A stretch of 64,000 nucleotides of DNA from positions 1 to 64,000 of the IMG/VR virus record IMGVR_UViG_3300045988_128739. One strand, 5' to 3'. Position numbers and translations under genes: made by a program. Position 1 is the first letter of the stretch; every line of letters begins with the position of its first letter. The notes below the pieces were generated by a model that was not told the origin of the DNA, ran no database searches, and was given only the letters and a program-made list of their open reading frames with translations. The stretch comes from a virus. Below, one piece after another: positions 59,256 through 64,000 of the stretch.

Positions 59256-61715
59256 CTAATTGTCAGTGACGCCTTTAATGCGAAGTTGTATATTGGGAAG
59301 CACGGCATTAATCAAAGCCATTTTCTTATCCTCTTCGCTTTCTTTTTCATGCTGTTTATACATCATGCTGTAATCACTGTCATCACCATCCTTTTTCCCG
59401 TCTAACGTCAGTAAATGATTTACGATGTCCTTACCATACGTTTCAGTCCATGTACGGAATCTCTCTTCCTCGGACTGTCTCTCCGGGGACGGAGCTTCCG
59501 GGTTAGGGAGGGCGGCTGCCACTTCTACCTCTGGAGGTGTTACCGATGCTGCTATTTCTCCATCATCTCCGAATCCCATTTGACCATACGAAGATACGGA
59601 ATTTTCTTCAATATCCAAACCAAGATTTTTAGCAACTTCCATAGCATAGTTATAACGGTCATCGTTTCGTATCACACTTTTATGAGGGCGTCCTGCCCCT
59701 TGGTTCCAAGCTACTACAGCATCCTTAAGGTTATCGGCGTTCATAAAATCCTGCCGGCTGTAGTTGTAATACCCTGGTCCTTCTTTTCCTTTTCTTGTGT
59801 ATAAGAAATTAGAATATCCGGTTTTCCCTTCGTATTCATCAGCTAAGAACTCAAGTTGGTCTTTGAATGTTGGTGTAGAATGACCTTTCTTTTTGGCGTG
59901 CTTGAATAGCTTATCCATGCGCTCATTATGCCATTGCTGTATGCCGTATGATGTTCTGTTGTCTCCGTATATGTCATCTTTAAGACCGGATTCAGCCATG
60001 AGATTACCTATGATAGCAAGCGCCTGTATCTTAGACATGCCTCTTTTATTAGTAAAATATTCATATGCTTCACGCTGTTTACCAACCACGCCACCTTCTT
60101 TCTTGATATTGGTATTGTATCTCTTTCCATTCCACGTAAATTCCTTAAGACCTCTTTTCCTGGCTTCTTTAAAGGCTTCGCCTCTTGTAGTGGAAATAGA
60201 GTCTTGTAGCTCAAGATCATTTTTTATTCCAAGAATAGCATCAACAATAGTATTATCATTATCCTTTTTATCAACATTATCCAAAACATAAGATTGGCTT
60301 ATCAAATTTGATACGCTCTTTCTATTTTCATAAGTTCCTTCTTTATCTGATGGAGCTTCAAAAGCATACACAAGTGGATACGAATAATCCGTATCTGGAT
60401 CTTCTGACATAAATTCGTTTACTGCATGAATAGCTTTTTTGTATTTAGTATCTTTTATACTATACTTCCCAGCATCTTGAACATGATCATAAAATCTGTC
60501 TATCATATAGTTGATATATCCACGCTTATCGCTCTTAAATCTCTCTTTATCTCTTTCAAACTCTTTTGGCGGATATCTTTTGTAATATTCTTGAAAAAGT
60601 CCCCTAAATTTTCCATCCTCAGATACAGCGTAGGGGTTTCCACCAGATTCTTCAATAATATTTCCAAGTACGGCTTCTATCTGGCGTTGATTAAAACCTT
60701 TATCATATAAAGCATCATAGATCATATTCATCCCTTCTACGTCCATAGTACGATGCTTACCCTTACCCACACGCTTCATATTTTCATATTTGGATTTGAA
60801 TAAATCCCAATCTATTTCCGGCTTAGAAGAATCCCCTCCTTGTTTTTTGGATCTTATCTCCATCCTTTTATCCAAATCATTCTTTGAATCAATAATGGAT
60901 CTAAACAGGATCTTGTTTGGATCATTTTCTTCGTATGGGATTTTATCTTCTACATAATCCCTTATTTCAAAAGGATATCCTATTGTATCAAGAGTCTTAG
61001 TAACAACCCCAACACCAAAAGGTTGATCGCTTCTATAAAAATCGTACTTATCTTTCACAACCATCCTACCTCTATCATCACGGTACATGGTAAAACTTGA
61101 TAAGCCTGATAAATCATTTAAATCTCCGTAAGCATCCGGTATAAAATTATATTCGTTAAATACCTGATGTTCTCCGGTTCTGGCTTTTTTTAAGAGATCT
61201 ATACCCTCTTCTACCATTCCAAGTTTCCTACTTGTTACATCCCTTAACTCCTCCAAATCAGATACGTCCTTGCCTGCAACTTTTCCATCAATTATCTTAT
61301 TATCTAATGAATCAAGCTCCTTTCCATATTTTTTAGCCATTTTCTCCCATCCACCATTTATCCTGTCAGATATAATGGATTTAATATTGTCTGGTATTCT
61401 AACAATCCCGTTTTCCTCTTTCAGGTTATTTGGTTGGTTTAAGAATCTAAACCAAAGATTCTGACTAAAATCATCTACATTGGCTTTCGGAACATCTTGA
61501 CCAAAAAATTCCATTATTTTGGTTTTTAATCCTCTTTCATTAGCATACACGTCAGGTGTTATATTAGATGCCAGATATTCTCTAAGTTTTACAAACGGAC
61601 CAATTTTATTCCATAATGTTTTTGGTTGTTTGTCTCTTACATAATTTTTAGTCTTCTTTGCCATTTTTTTCTTCCTCCTTCTTAAATTTGTGGTAAGCAC
61701 CACAAACCTTATCAA
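59256..61715 (-). CDS. virion-associated peptidoglycan hydrolase with two tail-lysozyme-like domains (819 aa; alternative start about 61664)
   Basis: VLGNIIEESGGNPYAVSEDGKFRGLFQ and ALAIIGNLMAESGLKDD...YGIQQWHNERMDKL both fit the phage tail lysozyme pattern (AxIGNxxxESG...GxxQW). Confidence 0.55.
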   Translation of the reverse strand: MIRFVVLTTNLRRRKKKMAKKTKNYVRDKQPKTLWNKIGPFVKLREYLASNITPDVYANERGLKTKIMEFFGQDVPKANVDDFSQNLWFRFLNQPNNLKEENGIVRIPDNIKSIISDRINGGWEKMAKKYGKELDSLDNKIIDGKVAGKDVSDLEELRDVTSRKLGMVEEGIDLLKKARTGEHQVFNEYNFIPDAYGDLNDLSGLSSFTMYRDDRGRMVVKDKYDFYRSDQPFGVGVVTKTLDTIGYPFEIRDYVEDKIPYEENDPNKILFRSIIDSKNDLDKRMEIRSKKQGGDSSKPEIDWDLFKSKYENMKRVGKGKHRTMDVEGMNMIYDALYDKGFNQRQIEAVLGNIIEESGGNPYAVSEDGKFRGLFQEYYKRYPPKEFERDKERFKSDKRGYINYMIDRFYDHVQDAGKYSIKDTKYKKAIHAVNEFMSEDPDTDYSYPLVYAFEAPSDKEGTYENRKSVSNLISQSYVLDNVDKKDNDNTIVDAILGIKNDLELQDSISTTRGEAFKEARKRGLKEFTWNGKRYNTNIKKEGGVVGKQREAYEYFTNKRGMSKIQALAIIGNLMAESGLKDDIYGDNRTSYGIQQWHNERMDKLFKHAKKKGHSTPTFKDQLEFLADEYEGKTGYSNFLYTRKGKEGPGYYNYSRQDFMNADNLKDAVVAWNQGAGRPHKSVIRNDDRYNYAMEVAKNLGLDIEENSVSSYGQMGFGDDGEIAASVTPPEVEVAAALPNPEAPSPERQSEEERFRTWTETYGKDIVNHLLTLDGKKDGDDSDYSMMYKQHEKESEEDKKMALINAVLPNIQLRIKGVTDN

Positions 61716-62061
61716 CTAACCATCCCATCAGACAGGCGGCATGCTCATCTCCTCCGACTTCAAAACCGTAATCCATATTAAGATACTTACAATAAATAGA
61801 AAGACCGTGCAGACATTCGTGTCCTATTGTTCTAACATCCATATCAGACAGCGAATGAAATAAGAAACATATTTCTTTCCTGTGATTGGTTCGGTTTCCT
61901 ACGAAAATAGTTCTGCCACCATAATCATCAGTCCACCCCTCCAAGCTCTGATCTTCTACTTCCAGGTTGGCGAACGTCTTAACTATATATTCTTCATCTG
62001 CTCCAAGCAATACCCTTACATTGTAGGGGTATATATCATTTTTATATAATACTTGTTTCAT
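61648..62061 (-). CDS. HExxH zinc-metallopeptidase-like protein (about 137 aa from MKQVLYKN)
   Basis: Contains IGHECLHGL. The start was moved to the internal Met because an intrinsic terminator occupies 62086..62125. Confidence 0.4.
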   Translation of the reverse strand: MKQVLYKNDIYPYNVRVLLGADEEYIVKTFANLEVEDQSLEGWTDDYGGRTIFVGNRTNHRKEICFLFHSLSDMDVRTIGHECLHGLSIYCKYLNMDYGFEVGGDEHAACLMGWLVDKVCGAYHKFKKEEEKNGKED

Positions 62062-62085
62062 AACAAACTGTTTTTCAACAAAGGT

Positions 62086-62125
62086 AAATAAAAAAGCCGA
62101 AGATATACTCACGTACTTCTTCGGC
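62086..62125 (-). terminator. intrinsic terminator downstream of the Ro60-like gene (GCCGAAGA...TCTTCGGC followed by a T-run on the - strand)
   Basis: 8-bp GC-rich stem followed by TTTTTTATTT. Confidence 0.5.
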
Positions 62126-62185
62126 TATACCTTTAAAGCTAAAACTTGTTTACTATGGAAATTACAATTGAAGCAAAATCAATGA

Positions 62186-63820
62186 TTATATTTTTATTTT
62201 CTTAATTTCTTCAATCATATTCTTATATCCGCAGAACTTGCTGTTAATAACATCGAAGATAGATTTTGACCAGCCAGCTATGTTCAAGATATTAGATCCT
62301 CTGTAAAACATCTCACTTCCATATCCTTGAATAGAAATAGAAACGATTTTGCAATTTGGATTCACTTTTTTAAACCCTTTCAAAAGTTCGGCGAATTTAC
62401 CATATTTATAATTGGAACTTTTCTCCCATACAACAGATTCACCGTCTCCTATCTGCATATCTGAAATAACGTACAAGTTATCTACTTTGATCTTATCTTT
62501 AACGCACTTATCCAAGAATGCAAAAAGACCGTTTTCAGTGGCACCACCGCATTCTCCTCCGGCAGTAAAAGATTTTTTGTTATTCCATAAAACACCTTTA
62601 CTTCTATCATATTCGTAATTGATAAGTTTGTTACCAAACATACCAATAAATACGTCAGGAAGCACAGAAGCAATCATACAGCCAAACAAGTTGCCAATGA
62701 TAGCCGTACTTGTTTTGCTAAAGGCAGACACCTCAGAAGATCCTCCCATATCTCCACGTACAGAGTCAGAGTGGTCAATCAGGATAGCCGACCGCCCCTC
62801 CAATACCGGCAGGTTCTTGCAGGAGATGGTTATGGCTTTCTCCAACGCATCTAAAATCTTATCTTTGTTACGCGCTGTTAATTTAGCACGTTTTTTATCC
62901 GACTCAAATACAATATCATTATCGGAACCATCAGTGCCTATATTTTCAACCTCTTTGAAAGCTGAAGCAAAACGGAAAGGAAGCATCTTCGAATTAAGCA
63001 CCTTCTCTTCTATTGTAAGCTGCCTACAAACTTCATCTATTTGATCAGGCGCGTATTTGATTATGTTTACAAGGTTACGAACCATATTAAAAATAGGCAT
63101 GCCTTTTACATTAGAAACCACGTCCCGAATAGCGTCACCTAAAGCTTCTTTCTTTTCCTTATTGTCTTTCTTATCCTGTCCGGCTTTAGACATTTCTTTT
63201 TCAAGAATCTTGCTTTCGTATAATCCAGACAAAGACCGACCTTCTATAAGGTACTGGAAAGCCGTTTTGTTAGCCTGATTGCCTTTAGGGTGAAATAAGT
63301 TTACGAGGTCAACCATAGTAATGACCCTACTGTCCATCTTGTACTTGTCAATCCGATACGGAGCAAGACCTTCCAAAGCCGTCTTAAATCCTTTCTTAAT
63401 AGCGCTGGATATACCTCTTAACTTCTTTGGATTTTTGTCGTTAAGAGCCGCATAGCAGCCAAGGATTTCGCTCATATCATCAGGACGCATAACGATCTTG
63501 TTATAGAACCTTGAAGCCCATTTCTTACCCGATGCTTTGCTGGCAAGGACAGAAGCCATAAGATGCGTTACTGACCTAAGCTTTCCTTCTTTCCTGACAT
63601 ACAATGCTGTTTGTGCTGCAAAATACGGATCCACCTGATCCATAAGGTTCTTAATTCTTTCTACTTTATCTTTTTCTTTCTCATAATAAGAATCAGATAA
63701 CATAGTAGTCATTACCGTAGCTACCAACTCTTCTTCTGCGTTAGGCTTATACGCCTTCTCTCCCATGTGATTCACGATCGTAGGTTTAACACCTTCATCC
63801 TTTTTGTTAAACTTTCCCAT
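62186..63820 (-). CDS. rsr: TROVE-domain Ro60/Rsr-like protein with C-terminal vWA/MIDAS (544 aa)
   Basis: The N-terminal region fits the TROVE pattern (VNHMGEKAY...SDSYYEKE...VDPYFAAQTALYVRKEGKLRSV...LVNLFHPKG). The C-terminal region has a DHSDS (DxSxS) MIDAS motif. The length matches bacterial Rsr. Confidence 0.6.
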   Translation of the reverse strand: MGKFNKKDEGVKPTIVNHMGEKAYKPNAEEELVATVMTTMLSDSYYEKEKDKVERIKNLMDQVDPYFAAQTALYVRKEGKLRSVTHLMASVLASKASGKKWASRFYNKIVMRPDDMSEILGCYAALNDKNPKKLRGISSAIKKGFKTALEGLAPYRIDKYKMDSRVITMVDLVNLFHPKGNQANKTAFQYLIEGRSLSGLYESKILEKEMSKAGQDKKDNKEKKEALGDAIRDVVSNVKGMPIFNMVRNLVNIIKYAPDQIDEVCRQLTIEEKVLNSKMLPFRFASAFKEVENIGTDGSDNDIVFESDKKRAKLTARNKDKILDALEKAITISCKNLPVLEGRSAILIDHSDSVRGDMGGSSEVSAFSKTSTAIIGNLFGCMIASVLPDVFIGMFGNKLINYEYDRSKGVLWNNKKSFTAGGECGGATENGLFAFLDKCVKDKIKVDNLYVISDMQIGDGESVVWEKSSNYKYGKFAELLKGFKKVNPNCKIVSISIQGYGSEMFYRGSNILNIAGWSKSIFDVINSKFCGYKNMIEEIKKIKI

Positions 63821-63849
63821 TTGTTGTTGTTTTCTTTAAAGTGTTATAC

Positions 63850-63880
63850 AAAAAAAGCAGTGATATTACTACCACTGCTT
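63850..63880 (-). terminator. intrinsic terminator between the tRNA-Lys and the Ro60-like gene (AAGCAGTG...CACTGCTT followed by T7 on the - strand)
   Basis: 8-bp stem followed by an oligo-T run. Confidence 0.5.
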
Positions 63881-63938
63881 TAAAAAAAATATATCAAAAT
63901 GAATACTCAATGAGGGAAAAGCTGAAGTTAGTGTAAAC

Positions 63939-64000
63939 AATGAAATAATGGATTTGAACCATCGACCTATACTTTAAAAGAGTATCGCTCTATCCATCTG
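63939..64000 (-). tRNA. tRNA-Lys (anticodon UUU), 5' part cut off by the window end
   Basis: The reverse complement gives the D-arm AGATGGATAGAGC, the anticodon stem ATACT/AGTAT with loop CUUUUAA, the T-arm GATGG-TTCAAAT-CCATT, and the acceptor 3' half. No CCA is encoded. Confidence 0.6.

Noticed and set aside
63939-64000. On first reading the tRNA anticodon loop seemed to give UUA, which would be an ochre suppressor.
   Set aside because: Re-registering the stem as ATACT/AGTAT puts the loop as C-U-UUU-A-A, which is the standard tRNA-Lys anticodon UUU.
1-64000. Search for a CRISPR array, integrase/att sites and rRNA.
   Set aside because: No spacer-repeat periodicity, no tyrosine or serine recombinase motifs and no rRNA-like segments were found. 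The only tandem repetition is the protein-coding EA repeat of flotillin.

Overview
This window is densely coded and AT-rich, and reads as part of a large dsDNA phage genome; no rRNA or CRISPR array is present. A Bacteroidota host is suggested by TAnnTTTG-type -7 promoter motifs, by A-rich Shine-Dalgarno-less translation starts, and by a lipoprotein signal peptide. Two convergent transcription arms meet at a hairpin at 31732..31765. The + strand arm (68..31688) carries about 60 small early and replication-type genes. Those I can recognise are a DnaB-family helicase, an SF2 DExH helicase, a zinc-ribbon/TOPRIM-like putative primase, two PD-(D/E)XK RecB/Cas4-like nucleases (one with a Cys cluster), and an HNH-like protein. 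Others are a class-II (CCA-adding/poly(A)-polymerase-type) nucleotidyltransferase head domain, a minimal ABC-type ATPase, and a dATP/dGTP pyrophosphohydrolase-like protein. A further + strand group is an acyl carrier protein (ACP)-like protein, an NfeD-like protein and an SPFH/flotillin protein, followed by a small one-helix membrane protein. The - strand arm (64000..31903) carries giant virion-type proteins of 2140, 2238, 1007, 952 and 758 aa. It also carries a protein with two tail-lysozyme-like domains, an HExxH protein, and a BRO-N antirepressor-like protein inside a small accessory island. A TROVE/Ro60 (Rsr)-like gene lies between its own intrinsic terminators, next to a tRNA-Lys(UUU) that is cut off by the window edge. 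The findings I consider most worth follow-up are listed below.
- An IS605-family TnpB-like gene at 28928..30012 is split by a frameshift, has the RuvC-II catalytic glutamate replaced by glycine, has lost its zinc finger, and has no TnpA.
- A phage-borne RNA-surveillance and repair theme is made up of Ro60, tRNA-Lys and the CCA-enzyme-like nucleotidyltransferase.
- The flotillin, NfeD and ACP genes sit together as a cluster.
- Short GC-rich in-frame islands with G/C-ending codons recur inside genes.
- There are two long noncoding regions, 22404..22803 and 58511..59255, containing a perfect GC hairpin, direct repeats and terminators.
- Several small genes under 60 aa are missing from the ORF track and overlap their neighbours with ATGA/TAATG junctions.
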